NCBI GenBank assembly: GCA_040755995.1
Contig: JBFMAF010000010.1
Coordinates: forward strand, 64,001-128,000
DNA: 64,000 nt
Reading direction: 5' to 3'
DNA from: Acidobacteriota bacterium
Lineage (GTDB): Bacteria > Acidobacteriota > CAIWXX01
This document shows positions 37,872-47,700 of the stretch, piece by piece (within the stretch, counting starts at the first letter, position 1; each line of letters starts with the position of its first letter). The translations under genes and the position numbers were made by a program. The notes under the pieces were generated by a model, which made no database searches, was not told where the DNA came from, and worked only from the letters and a program-made list of their open reading frames with translations.

Positions 37872-38040
37872 CTAGGAGTGGGCGATCAGCGATTGCAGCT
37901 TCACGGTCAGACGCGCCCATTCACCGCTACTACGTCGGTAGTATTTCCACAGTACGATCGGAGGGGCAGGTCCCCATGTCAATACGTCAAGGTCACGATG
38001 TTTGACGTTGCAGCCACCTCAGCCTGAGGTTGCGAGCCGG

Positions 38041-38691
38041 ATGTCCGTCGAGTGTACGAACGAGTTAGCTGGATGGCGGCTGCACTTCTGTCGCCTGAGG
38101 ACCGAGCCGGGATGTCATGATGGAACGATGCGCCTGGCGATCGGCGGCACCATGGCCACCTTCCACGGGCGATTCGCGCGGCAGTCGTTCGCCGATGACC
38201 GTGTCGTGATGGCAATGCGGAGGCTCCTCAGCAAAAGCGGGATCGACCCGGAGAAAACGCCGCCGGCATCCGAAACGTTGGCCCAGCGCATCCTCGATGG
38301 GGAGGAGTTCCCGCGGCGCTCGGAGCCGGACGATCTGGCTGGCCTTCTCATGCTGAAGACCCTCGTGCCGTGGTCCGTCACGGCATCCTCCAGGGTACGC
38401 CAGCCGCTTCGATTTCGACTCGGACGGGCCGGCGAGACGCTGCGTAGTGGAGAGGATGTTCGTCCCGTTCTTGGCTGGCCGGTGCTGGAGGACGCGGAGC
38501 AGATCGTGGCGAGCCCGCTGATGGAGAGCCACCTGGAACATGCCGGGGAGGCGGACGAAATCCTCCTCGCCTGCTATCAACCGGCCGAGATGGCCGACGT
38601 GGTGGCGGCCAAGGTGCATCTGGCCAGATTTGTCGTCATGACGTGGGCGTTTCGATTCCTCGAAGAGAAGACCGTCGTGGCGGGGCGGTAG
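38041..38691 (+). CDS. B3/4 (PheT-editing-like) domain protein
   Basis: MRRLLSKSGIDPEKTPPASETLAQRILDG...FRLGRAGE...PVLEDAEQ resembles stand-alone B3/4 proteins. Confidence 0.6.
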   Translation: MSVECTNELAGWRLHFCRLRTEPGCHDGTMRLAIGGTMATFHGRFARQSFADDRVVMAMRRLLSKSGIDPEKTPPASETLAQRILDGEEFPRRSEPDDLAGLLMLKTLVPWSVTASSRVRQPLRFRLGRAGETLRSGEDVRPVLGWPVLEDAEQIVASPLMESHLEHAGEADEILLACYQPAEMADVVAAKVHLARFVVMTWAFRFLEEKTVVAGR

Positions 38692-38694
38692 CGA

Positions 38695-39177
38695 TTGAAT
38701 CTCTCGACTCGAGGCCGCTACGCAACACGGGCCATGCTGGAGCTGGCGCAGCACTATGACCAGGCGCCAGTCAGCAGCACCGAGATCAGCCGCAACCAGC
38801 AGATCTCCGCGCGCTACCTGCAGCAGCTCCTCGGCACTCTCAAGCGTGCGGGCCTCATCCGAGTAGCGCTCGGGCCCGGCGGCGGATTCAAACTCGCCGC
38901 CCCACCGTCCGAGATCCGGCTCAGCCAGATCCTGGACGCAGTCGAAGGACGCCTTGCTCTGGTCGAGTGCGTGAGCCACGAGAGTTACTGCCCGCGTTCG
39001 CCCGACTGTCTCGCGCGGGAGATCTGGGTCCAGGCGAGCGAGCTGCTGAACGACTACTTCCACTCGCTCACGCTCGCCGATGTGCTGAAGAGCCGGTCGA
39101 AGCCGAAGGGCAGGAGCGCCTGCGGCAAGCCGTTCCGCGCGAAACGGCTGTGCGACCTTCACCCGCGCTCGAAGTAG
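38695..39177 (+). CDS. Rrf2-family regulator with three IscR-like Cys residues
   Basis: LSTRGRYATRAMLEL, GPGGGF, CVSHESYCPRSPDC. Confidence 0.9.
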   Translation: MNLSTRGRYATRAMLELAQHYDQAPVSSTEISRNQQISARYLQQLLGTLKRAGLIRVALGPGGGFKLAAPPSEIRLSQILDAVEGRLALVECVSHESYCPRSPDCLAREIWVQASELLNDYFHSLTLADVLKSRSKPKGRSACGKPFRAKRLCDLHPRSK

Positions 39178-39270
39178 CTCCGGCCGCTGCGCCATCCGCC
39201 TGACCTGATCGATGGGGGCGGGGCCGGCTGTGTGCCGCAGCGGATGGCTGCCAAGTCCTATAGTCACGAC

Positions 39271-39299
39271 TTGACAAATAAGCCCTATCGTTTTACTAT
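39271..39299 (+). promoter_or_regulatory. Sigma-70 promoter of the DsrMK-like operon; AT-rich spacer may be an Rrf2 operator
   Basis: TTGACA-N17-TACTAT. Confidence 0.65.
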
Positions 39300-39820
39300 A
39301 CCTTTGTATTAAGGGATTCACGACCTCGCGGCGCGAGGCCGAAGATCGAAAGGTGGCAGTGGGGTGTCATCTCGGCGGCGGCATATCGAGGGGCCGGGCA
39401 GAGTGGCTGCCGTAGGGCGGCCGGTCCGGACGAAGGCTGGCGATCGTTTCCATCGGATATCGTCTTCTTATTACTCGCGATCGCTGCCGGAGATTCGTTC
39501 CGAGGCGGACCTGGAAGCGGCCCCAGTGCTCACTGTATTCGTGCCCGGCCCACTTGCGGACCGGACGAAGACTCACGGCAGCCGCGTGGCTCCGGACAGC
39601 TCCTTGAACGGGGGCCTTCCCGGAAACAGGGTTTTTCCACATCGTACCGATGTCGCGGAGGGGGTCGAGTCGCTGGGCTCGACGGCTCCTCTGGTCATAA
39701 GCAAACACATAATCGGGGCACATCCTGGGTCGGCCCGCGGGGCAATCATGACGGATCAGAATGAATCACGGCTGCGAAGTTGGCTCTACCCGCCTGGTGT
39801 TCCCCAGAAAGGAGACAGTA

Positions 39821-40528
39821 GTGAGTGCTTTGCAGTTGCTGATCGGTGTGATCCTGCCCCCCATCACCGTGGCCGTGCTGGTCGCTGGGCTCATCGCGCG
39901 GCTGAGGAAATGGTCGCGCGCTCCCGTCGGCAAGATCACGCTCTACCCTTCGGCCAAGACGGGATCGGAGGTCTGGTCTCACACGGCCAAGGAGGTCTTT
40001 CTTTTCCGTAGCCTCTGGAGCGGTGATCGGCCGCTTTGGGTCGGGGCGTGGATATTTCACGCCTCTCTGGCCCTCATCTTCGTCGGGCATTTCCGGGTGG
40101 TTACCGACTTCCCCCGTCTCTGGGCCGCATTCGGCATGGGGTCGCAGGACGTCGACGTCATGTCTGCCGCAGTTGGAGGGGCCGTGGGCGTCGTGATCCT
40201 GGCCATCGGGCTGTATCTGCTCGTACGGAGATTCACTTCACGATCGGCCCGCGACGCATCGAAGACGGAGGACTACGTCGCGCTGGTTCTGCTGCTGGCG
40301 GTGATCATCACGGGCGACGCGATGCGGTTCCTCACTCACTTCGACCTGGCGGAGGTGCGGGCATACTTCCAGGGTCTCTTCACTCTCAATCTACAGGTGC
40401 TTCCGCAGAGCAATCTCTTCTGGGTGCACTTCCTGCTGGTGCAGATACTCTTCATGTACATCCCGTTTGGGAAGCTCCTTCATCTTCCCGGTGTGTTGTT
40501 CAGCCATCCCCTGCTGCGCAGGGACTAG
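39821..40528 (+). CDS. NarI-family membrane cytochrome b (DsrM/HmcE-like)
   Basis: About five TM helices; heme His in WIFH..L...GHFR and VHFLL...PFGKLLH; GTG start after AAAGGAG. Confidence 0.85.
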   Translation: MSALQLLIGVILPPITVAVLVAGLIARLRKWSRAPVGKITLYPSAKTGSEVWSHTAKEVFLFRSLWSGDRPLWVGAWIFHASLALIFVGHFRVVTDFPRLWAAFGMGSQDVDVMSAAVGGAVGVVILAIGLYLLVRRFTSRSARDASKTEDYVALVLLLAVIITGDAMRFLTHFDLAEVRAYFQGLFTLNLQVLPQSNLFWVHFLLVQILFMYIPFGKLLHLPGVLFSHPLLRRD

Positions 40529-40543
40529 TCGCGGAGGTGAAAC

Positions 40544-41866
40544 ATGTTGACTAAAGAAGTGCGACAGCAGGTCATTGACGACGTAGTCGGAATCAACAAG
40601 GGTCCGCGGGCGCTGATGCTCTACATGGACATCTGCGCGCGGTGCGGAACTTGCGAGAAGGTCTGCCACGTGGCCCAGGCGAACCCGGCTCGCCGAACGA
40701 ATCCGGCGGTACGTTCCGATCATCTTCGCGCGATCTACAAGCGATACGGGACGTTGTCCGGGCGCCTGCTCGGACAGCTCGTCGGAGCCGATAATCATCG
40801 ATTCACGGACGACGTTCTGGATCAGTGGGAGCGGGATTTCTACGAATGTTCGGGGTGTCGCCGCTGCGCCCAATTCTGCCCCGTCGGGATCGACAATTCG
40901 ATAATCACTCGCAAGGGGCGCGCGATTCTGCACAAGCTCGGCAGGTCGCCGAAGTACATCGCCAAGACCCAGCAAATCTCGGACGAGACCGGCAACGACG
41001 AAGGGCAGTCGTACAAGGCCTTCATGGAGGCTGTGCGGTTCCTTCAGGAAGAGATGAAGGAGATGACCGGCCATGACATCCCGATCCCGGTAGACAAGAA
41101 AGGGGCGGAGATCCTGTTCGTCCCGGCCTCCGCGGATCTCGTCTCCTTTCCCGACACCCAGATCGGCAGCTCCATGTTCTTCTACGTCGCCGGGATGGAC
41201 TGGACCATGAGCAGCGAGGCCTTCGACGGTGCGAATTTCGGTCTCTTCTCCGGTGACGACGCCCACATGAAGAGAAAGAACAAGCTGATTCACGATGCGA
41301 TGGCGAAGCTGGGATGCAAGAAGTTGGTAATAGGTGAATGCGGCCATGCCTACAGGATCGCGAAGAGGATGGCGCCCGGTTTCTGGGGGAAACTGCCGTA
41401 CGAAGTCACGAACATCCTCGAGATGGCAGCCGATTTCGTCAACTCAGGGAAGGCGAATCTCGACAAATCGAAGGTCGACTTCAGCGTCACCTATCATGAC
41501 CCGTGCAACATGGCGCGCAGCCTTGGAGTGGTGGAGGAGCCCCGGGAGATTCTTCGCCACTGCGTGAAGGATTTCCGCGAAATGACGCCGAAGGGTACCG
41601 AGAACTGGTGCTGTGGCGGCGGAGGAGGCCTTGCGGTGATGGACGGCCGGGAGGGCGTCGATCTCCTCGACGGCACCTTCCTCGACTACCGCATGAAGGT
41701 CGGTGGGGAGATGAAATGGAAGCAGGTCGCTGCCACCAAGGCTCATTACCTCGCCGCGCCCTGCTCCAACTGCAAGCGCCAGCTCTCGCAGCTGATGGAG
41801 CATCACAAGTCCGACATCGAAGTCGGCGGCGTCATGGACCTTTTCGCCAAAGCCTTGGTCTGGTAG
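40544..41866 (+). CDS. Fe-S / CCG-domain protein (DsrK/HmcF/HdrD-like)
   Basis: CARCGTCEKVC, CSGCRRCAQFCP, GECGH, YHDPCN, WCCGGGGG, PCSNCK. Confidence 0.88.
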   Translation: MLTKEVRQQVIDDVVGINKGPRALMLYMDICARCGTCEKVCHVAQANPARRTNPAVRSDHLRAIYKRYGTLSGRLLGQLVGADNHRFTDDVLDQWERDFYECSGCRRCAQFCPVGIDNSIITRKGRAILHKLGRSPKYIAKTQQISDETGNDEGQSYKAFMEAVRFLQEEMKEMTGHDIPIPVDKKGAEILFVPASADLVSFPDTQIGSSMFFYVAGMDWTMSSEAFDGANFGLFSGDDAHMKRKNKLIHDAMAKLGCKKLVIGECGHAYRIAKRMAPGFWGKLPYEVTNILEMAADFVNSGKANLDKSKVDFSVTYHDPCNMARSLGVVEEPREILRHCVKDFREMTPKGTENWCCGGGGGLAVMDGREGVDLLDGTFLDYRMKVGGEMKWKQVAATKAHYLAAPCSNCKRQLSQLMEHHKSDIEVGGVMDLFAKALVW

Positions 41867-41897
41867 CAACGGTCTGGAGCGAGAAAGGAGGATCGAA

Positions 41898-42308
41898 ATG
41901 GGGAAGAGACTCGCGCTTGTGATCGACGATGAGCTCGATATCAGGAATCACATCTCCGCCGTCCTCGAAGATCATGGCTGGGATGTGCAGACGGCCGGCA
42001 CGTCGGAAGAGGCGGACCAGGTCATCCAGGATACACGGCCCGACCTCATCCTCCTCGACCTGGTGATGCCGGGGCGGGGCGGTCCGATGTTCTTCGCGCG
42101 CTTGCGGGGAGACGACCGGACGAAGTCCATTCCCGTCATCATGGTCACGGGCATCAGGGAGCAGCTCCACATAGATTGGAAGGAGTTCGTTGGGAAGCTG
42201 AAGGCGCGCGTCCCTGATGGATTCATCGAGAAGCCGATAGATGCGAGGGAGCTAGCGAACATGGTGGAACGAGTGACGGCGGGAGGCATCGGAGCTCAGT
42301 CCAGCTGA
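41898..42308 (+). CDS. Single-domain response regulator
   Basis: VIDDE, LLDLVMP, KP. Confidence 0.9.
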   Translation: MGKRLALVIDDELDIRNHISAVLEDHGWDVQTAGTSEEADQVIQDTRPDLILLDLVMPGRGGPMFFARLRGDDRTKSIPVIMVTGIREQLHIDWKEFVGKLKARVPDGFIEKPIDARELANMVERVTAGGIGAQSS

Positions 42309-42349
42309 GCCCCGACCTTCCCTCCCGCACGTCGACCTCGAACGGTGTC

Positions 42350-43684
42350 ATGGGGTTCGCCGGCCGGCTCGGCCTGCGCCACAAGGTCCTGCTCGTCGTG
42401 CTCTGCATTCTGGCCGTCCACAGCGCACTCTCTCTCATTGCGCTGCACAGCATTCTTGGCGGACTCGTTGTTGAGAGCGGCTCCGGCTGGACGGAGGTCG
42501 TGGCCTCGGTCGAGGTCTTCTATCTCGTGGCTCTCGGCGGCCTCGCCGTGATCGCCGTGGCAGTGGCGCGAGAGGCGGCGGGATATCTGACGCGACCGCT
42601 TGTGGATCTCACGCGCATCGCCGATCAAATCAGCGTGGGCGACATGCATGTGACGTTTGACTTCGGGCGCCACGTCCGATGCTGGGAGATCAAGCGATGC
42701 AATGAAACTAGCTGTCGCGCGTACGGGAACACGGAGGTGCAGTGCTGGTTTGTCGATGGGACGCCCTGTCGAGGGGTCGAGCCGCGCTTTCCACAAAAGC
42801 TCGTTCAGTGCCGCCGGTGCGAGGTGTACCTGGCGCACCGGGGCGACGAGATCGTGCAACTCGCAGACTCCTTCCAGCATATGACTCATCGTCTGCGGGA
42901 GTCGCAGGCCGAATTGCTCAGGACGGAGAGGCTTGCCGCGACCGGCGAGGCGGTGGGGATGGTGAGCCACTCGGTCAAGAACATCCTGGACGGGCTTTCA
43001 GGCGGCATCTACGTCTACCGGCGCGGAAGGCGTCTCGATGACGAGAGATCGAAAGCCATGGGTTGGGACATGATTGAACGGAATCTCGGGACGATCTCCG
43101 AGCTCGTCATGAATCTGCTCGACTTCGTCAAAGAGAGAAAGCCATTCCTGGAGCCGTGCGATCCGGAGCGGATGATCAACGATGTCGTGCAGTTGCACCA
43201 GGAGAGGGCCGATGCATCCGGGGCCGTATTGGAGGCACGATCGACCGGGGAGCTCGCCGGGATCTTCCTCGACGCACATGCCGTGTTCCACTGCCTCGTG
43301 AATCTTGTGACGAATGCGCTCGACGCGCTCGTACCCGAGCGCCCCGGCCGGGTCGAGATCGAGGTCGGAAAAGAGGGTGACCAGGTCGTCTTCACGGTGT
43401 CGGACAACGGCAGGGGCATGAGTTCTGATGTGAAGGCGAAGCTCTTCAAAGGGATGTTCAGCACGAAGGGCTCGAAGGGCACGGGGCTCGGCCTTCTCTC
43501 CGTTCAGAAGGCGGTCCGCGAACAGGGTGGCCGTGTCGAAGTCCTGTCGGAAGGAGGGCGCGGAACGACGTTCCGCGTTCTTCTTCCTTTCATCACCAAC
43601 GCCGGCGCGGGACCAGTCGCGGCGTCCCCGCCCGCGCCGGCCTCAGAGAGTCCGGTAGCTGCCGTTCATGAAAGGTCCCCTTAG
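42350..43684 (+). CDS. Membrane histidine kinase with a Cys-rich two-CW insert in its HAMP domain
   Basis: Two TM helices; H-box SHSVKN, N-box NLVTNA, DNGRG, KGTGLGL; insert CWEIKRC..C...CWFVDGTPC...CRRCEVY. Confidence 0.88.
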   Translation: MGFAGRLGLRHKVLLVVLCILAVHSALSLIALHSILGGLVVESGSGWTEVVASVEVFYLVALGGLAVIAVAVAREAAGYLTRPLVDLTRIADQISVGDMHVTFDFGRHVRCWEIKRCNETSCRAYGNTEVQCWFVDGTPCRGVEPRFPQKLVQCRRCEVYLAHRGDEIVQLADSFQHMTHRLRESQAELLRTERLAATGEAVGMVSHSVKNILDGLSGGIYVYRRGRRLDDERSKAMGWDMIERNLGTISELVMNLLDFVKERKPFLEPCDPERMINDVVQLHQERADASGAVLEARSTGELAGIFLDAHAVFHCLVNLVTNALDALVPERPGRVEIEVGKEGDQVVFTVSDNGRGMSSDVKAKLFKGMFSTKGSKGTGLGLLSVQKAVREQGGRVEVLSEGGRGTTFRVLLPFITNAGAGPVAASPPAPASESPVAAVHERSP

Positions 43685-43709
43685 GCGGGCCGCTGATAGG
43701 AGGTGCAGA

Positions 43710-44261
43710 ATGAGATTCTCGACGCGAGCGCGGTATGGCCTGCGGATGATGGTCGAGTTGGCTCGCGAGTCCAGAGGCGGCACACCGGTGACTCTGAACC
43801 GTGTCGCTCGAATCACGGGATTATCGGAAGGCTACCTCGGGCAGCTCGTTCTCCTGCTCAAGACAGCCAGCCTCGTCATCGGCATCTCGGGCAAGAACGG
43901 CGGATACGTTCCGGCCCGCCCGCCGGGGGAGATCAAGCTGATCGAGGTCATCAGGGCGCTGCAGGGGCCGATCAACCTTGCCGAGTGTGCGGACCATCCC
44001 GAGATCTGCCTGAACAGCTGCTTCTGCGAGACGCGCGTGATCTGGGTGCTGCTCAACCATCGCATCCTCGAGGTGCTCGAACAATACACGCTGAAGGATC
44101 TCACGGACCGGGCTCGCATGGCCGAGATCCGAAAGAAAAACGCGAACGTGCCGATGCTCGACGCGGATCTGGCTCTGGCTGACGCGGAGTTCGGCCAGGA
44201 TCAAGGATGCCCGATCGCCACGCGACACGGGGCGTCCTCGGCACGAGAGGGATCGGCATGA
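43710..44261 (+). CDS. Second Rrf2-family regulator, Cys-rich
   Basis: FSTRARYGLRMMVEL, GKNGGY, CADHPEICLNSCFC. Confidence 0.9.
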   Translation: MRFSTRARYGLRMMVELARESRGGTPVTLNRVARITGLSEGYLGQLVLLLKTASLVIGISGKNGGYVPARPPGEIKLIEVIRALQGPINLAECADHPEICLNSCFCETRVIWVLLNHRILEVLEQYTLKDLTDRARMAEIRKKNANVPMLDADLALADAEFGQDQGCPIATRHGASSAREGSA

Positions 44262-44303
44262 GCTCCAGCTCCAAGACCCCAGGTCGCTTCGGAGGACGAA
44301 CCG

Positions 44304-44678
44304 ATGGCCAAGAGAATTCTGGTTGTTGATGATGAACCCGACGTGGTCGCGCACCTCTGCGCGGTTCTTCGCGACGGCGGGTACGAGACGCTCGAGGCGT
44401 TCAATGGTGAAGGGGCGATGGAGAAGGTCCTGTCCGAAAGACCCGACCTCATCACGCTCGATATCAGCATGCCTCGGATGACGGGGGTCAGGGCATATCG
44501 AACGCTCAAAGAAGATCGTGTACTCTGCGGCATACCGGTCATAATAGTCACTGGTGTCTCATCGGAGTTCAGGCGATTCATTTCGACGCGGACGCAGGTG
44601 CCGCCGCCCGATGGTTACATTCAGAAGCCCATCGAGGTGGAAAGACTGCTTGGGGAGGTGAAACGGCTCATCGGGTAG
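44304..44678 (+). CDS. Single-domain response regulator
   Basis: VVDDE, ITLDISMP, KP. Confidence 0.9.
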   Translation: MAKRILVVDDEPDVVAHLCAVLRDGGYETLEAFNGEGAMEKVLSERPDLITLDISMPRMTGVRAYRTLKEDRVLCGIPVIIVTGVSSEFRRFISTRTQVPPPDGYIQKPIEVERLLGEVKRLIG

Positions 44679-44724
44679 GCGCCGGCGGCCGATCTCTTCG
44701 CCGCAGCGGGCCCGGCTGGGACGG

Positions 44725-47700
44725 TCACGCGGCCGACAGGGCTTCGAGGAACTCCAATATCCTCGCCGCCACCTCTTCGCTGCCGCGGAGGACAAGAGAG
44801 ACCTGCCCGCCCGGCTGAAGGCGGCCGCCCTGCACTCGGGCAACGTCCAGAATGCGATCCGGAGATACCGACGGCGTTTCGGGGAATCGAAAGACTATGT
44901 CGCGGCCGCGGAGGTCGATCGACCTCACGCCGGCCCTCTTCGCCTCGGCCTTGATCCGGCCGTAAGCGAACAGCCGATCAGCTCCTTCGGGCATCTTGCC
45001 GTAGCGATCCTGCATCTCAGCCCTGATCGCGGCGAGATCCTCTTCACACGACGCCGATGAGACGCGCTTGTACATCTGCAGCCGCTGGTTCGTGTCGGGG
45101 ATGTAGCTCTCGTCGATGCGGATATCCCAGCCTAGGTTGATGGTCACAGGGGCCGGTTCTTCGACAGGCCGACCCGACCGGAACTCCTCGACCGTCCTCT
45201 CGAGCAGGCGGCAGTACATATCGTACCCGACGGCCTCCATGTGGCCGTGCTGGCGGTGGCCTAGCAACGACCCGGCGCCGCGGAGCTCCAGGTCCATCGC
45301 CGCGATCCTGAAGCCGGCGCCAAGATCGGTGAACTCCTTGAGTGCCGCAAGGCGCTTGCGCGCCACGGCGGAGAGCACATTCTGTTCCGGGACGAGCAGG
45401 TAGGCGTAGGCCCGGCGCGAGCTTCTTCCGACGCGACCTCGGAGCTGGTAGAGCTGCGCCAGGCCGAATTTGTCCGCCCGGTTCACGATCAATGTGTTGA
45501 CGCGCGGGATGTCGAGGCCGTTCTCGATTATCGACGTTGAGAGCAGCACGTCGGTTCTGCCGTCGACGAACTCTTGCATGCGCGCTTCGAGGTCCTTCTC
45601 GGCCATCTGCCCGTGGGCGATCGAGATGCGCGCCTCGGGGCAGAGTCGCATAAGAAAATTGGCGAGCGAGGGCAGCGACTCGATGCGGTTGTGCACGAAG
45701 AAGACCTGCCCGCCGCGGCCGAGCTCGAAACGGATCGCCGCCTGGATCACGTCGGGCTTGAAGACGAGCACTTGCGTGTGGATCGCAAGGCGGTCCCGGG
45801 GCGGCGTCTCGATCACCGACATGTCGCGGATCCCCGCCAGGCTCATCTGCAAGGTGCGGGGAATAGGCGTGGCCGAGAGCGCCATGACATCCACGTTCTT
45901 CTTCATCTGCTTGACGCGCTCTTTGTGGGCCACGCCGAACCTCTGCTCCTCGTCTACCACGAGCAATCCCAGGTCGCGGAAGGAGACGTCCTTCGACAGC
46001 AGGCGATGCGTGCCGATCACGATGTCGACCGTCCCGGCGGCCAGGTCGGTGACGACTTTGGCCTGTTCGGCCTTGGTCCTGAATCGGCTCAAGAGCTCCG
46101 TCCGGATCGGGAACGCTTCGAAGCGGCGCCTGAAAGTGCGCCAGTGCTGATAGGCCAGGACGGTCGTGGGCGCGAGCACCGCCACTTGCTTTCCCTCCTG
46201 CACCACTTTCATAGCCCCGCGCATCGCCACCTCGGTCTTCCCGTAGCCCACGTCTCCGCAGATCAGCCGGTCCATCGGCTGCTCGCGCTCGAGATCTGCC
46301 TTGGTGTCGACGATCGCGTGCTGTTGGTCCTCGGTGGGCTCGTACTCGAACATCTCTTCGAACTCGCGCTGCCACGTCGTGTCCGGCCCGTAGGCGTGGC
46401 CCGAGACCAGCCTGCGCTCGGCGTAGAGGTTCAGCAGCTCCACGGCCATCTCCTCGACGGCCTTCTTGACACGCTTCTTCGTCTTCTCCCAGCCTGTCCC
46501 GCCGAGCTTGTCGACACTCGGCGCGGCGCCGCCCGGCGCGCGGTACTTCTCGACGAGCTCCATCCTGTCCATCGGCACGTAGAGCTTGTCCCCGCCGTCG
46601 TACTCGAGGTGCATGAACTCGCGCTCCTGTCCCTCGATCTCCATCTTTGTCAGTCCCTTGAACAGGCCGATCCCGCACTCGACGTGCGTCACATAGTCGC
46701 CTGGACGCAGATCGCGCAGGTCGGCCTGGAAGGCGGCCGCGCTCTTCCTGCGGGGGCGGGCCGGCGCTTCCGGCAGCGGGCCGAAGACGTCCGTCTCGCT
46801 GTAGAGATCCAGGTACCCTGAGGGCCACTCGAATCCTTTCTGCAGAAAGCCGGTGGCCAGGCTGAGGCGGCCTGCGTGGAGGCGGTCGCCGGCGAATTCG
46901 GCGCGCACGTTCCGGTCGTTCAGCAGCTCCCTGACGCGCTCGACCAGCCCGCGCGACTGCAGGACTACCAATATGCGCCGGCCCTGGTCGATCTTCGCCT
47001 GAACGTCCTTCACCCATTCTTCTATCAGCCCCTGGAAGCTTCGCTGCGGCAGGAGCCCGGTGCCGAGGGCGTCGGTAGAGAACTCCTGCAGGGTGAGCGG
47101 CGCCTCCTTGAGCGTCGCATCGAGCCTTTCAATCCCGGCGAGCAGCATGGGGAGAAGAAGCGCCGCGGCGTCGTCGCCAGTGCCCAGATCCACGGTCAGC
47201 TCCGCCTGCCGGTGAAGCCCCGCCTTCCACTGCTCCAGCTCCTGCGCGATCTGTGCCGGCTCCTCGATAACGATCCGGAATCCCTCCAGGTAGTCGGTCA
47301 CGTTATGGCCCATGGCCCGCCGTTGCTCGTGGAGCGGGATCAGGGACACTTCCGGAATGGTCTCCCTCGATAGTTGCGTGAAGCCATCGAACGTGCGAAG
47401 TGAGACGACGCGATCCAGCTCGAACTCGATGCGCACCGGCATCTCGTGGTACGGCGAGAACACGTCCACTACCGCGCCTCGGAAGCTGTATTCGCCGGGG
47501 CCTGTCGTGAGATCCTCACGCCGGTAGCCGTTTCGAACCAGAGTCTCCTGCAGGTCGTCTCGCGAGATCTCGTCCCCAACCTTGATTCGCTTGATGCGGT
47601 CGATGAGCCCAAGTGCATCCTCGACGGGTGTGATGAAGCTTTTCCAGTCCATCAACGCGACGCGCGCCGTGCCATCCAGGCATCGCATCAGCCCCTTGAC

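Noticed and set aside
39440..39820. Cobalamin or Moco riboswitch
   Set aside because: Isolated words (CACTGTA, GAAAGGAG) only; the full consensus elements were not found.
39364..40011. 215-aa ORF in the leader of the DsrM-like gene
   Set aside because: No recognisable domain, low-complexity Arg/Pro/Ser composition, and it overlaps the real gene.
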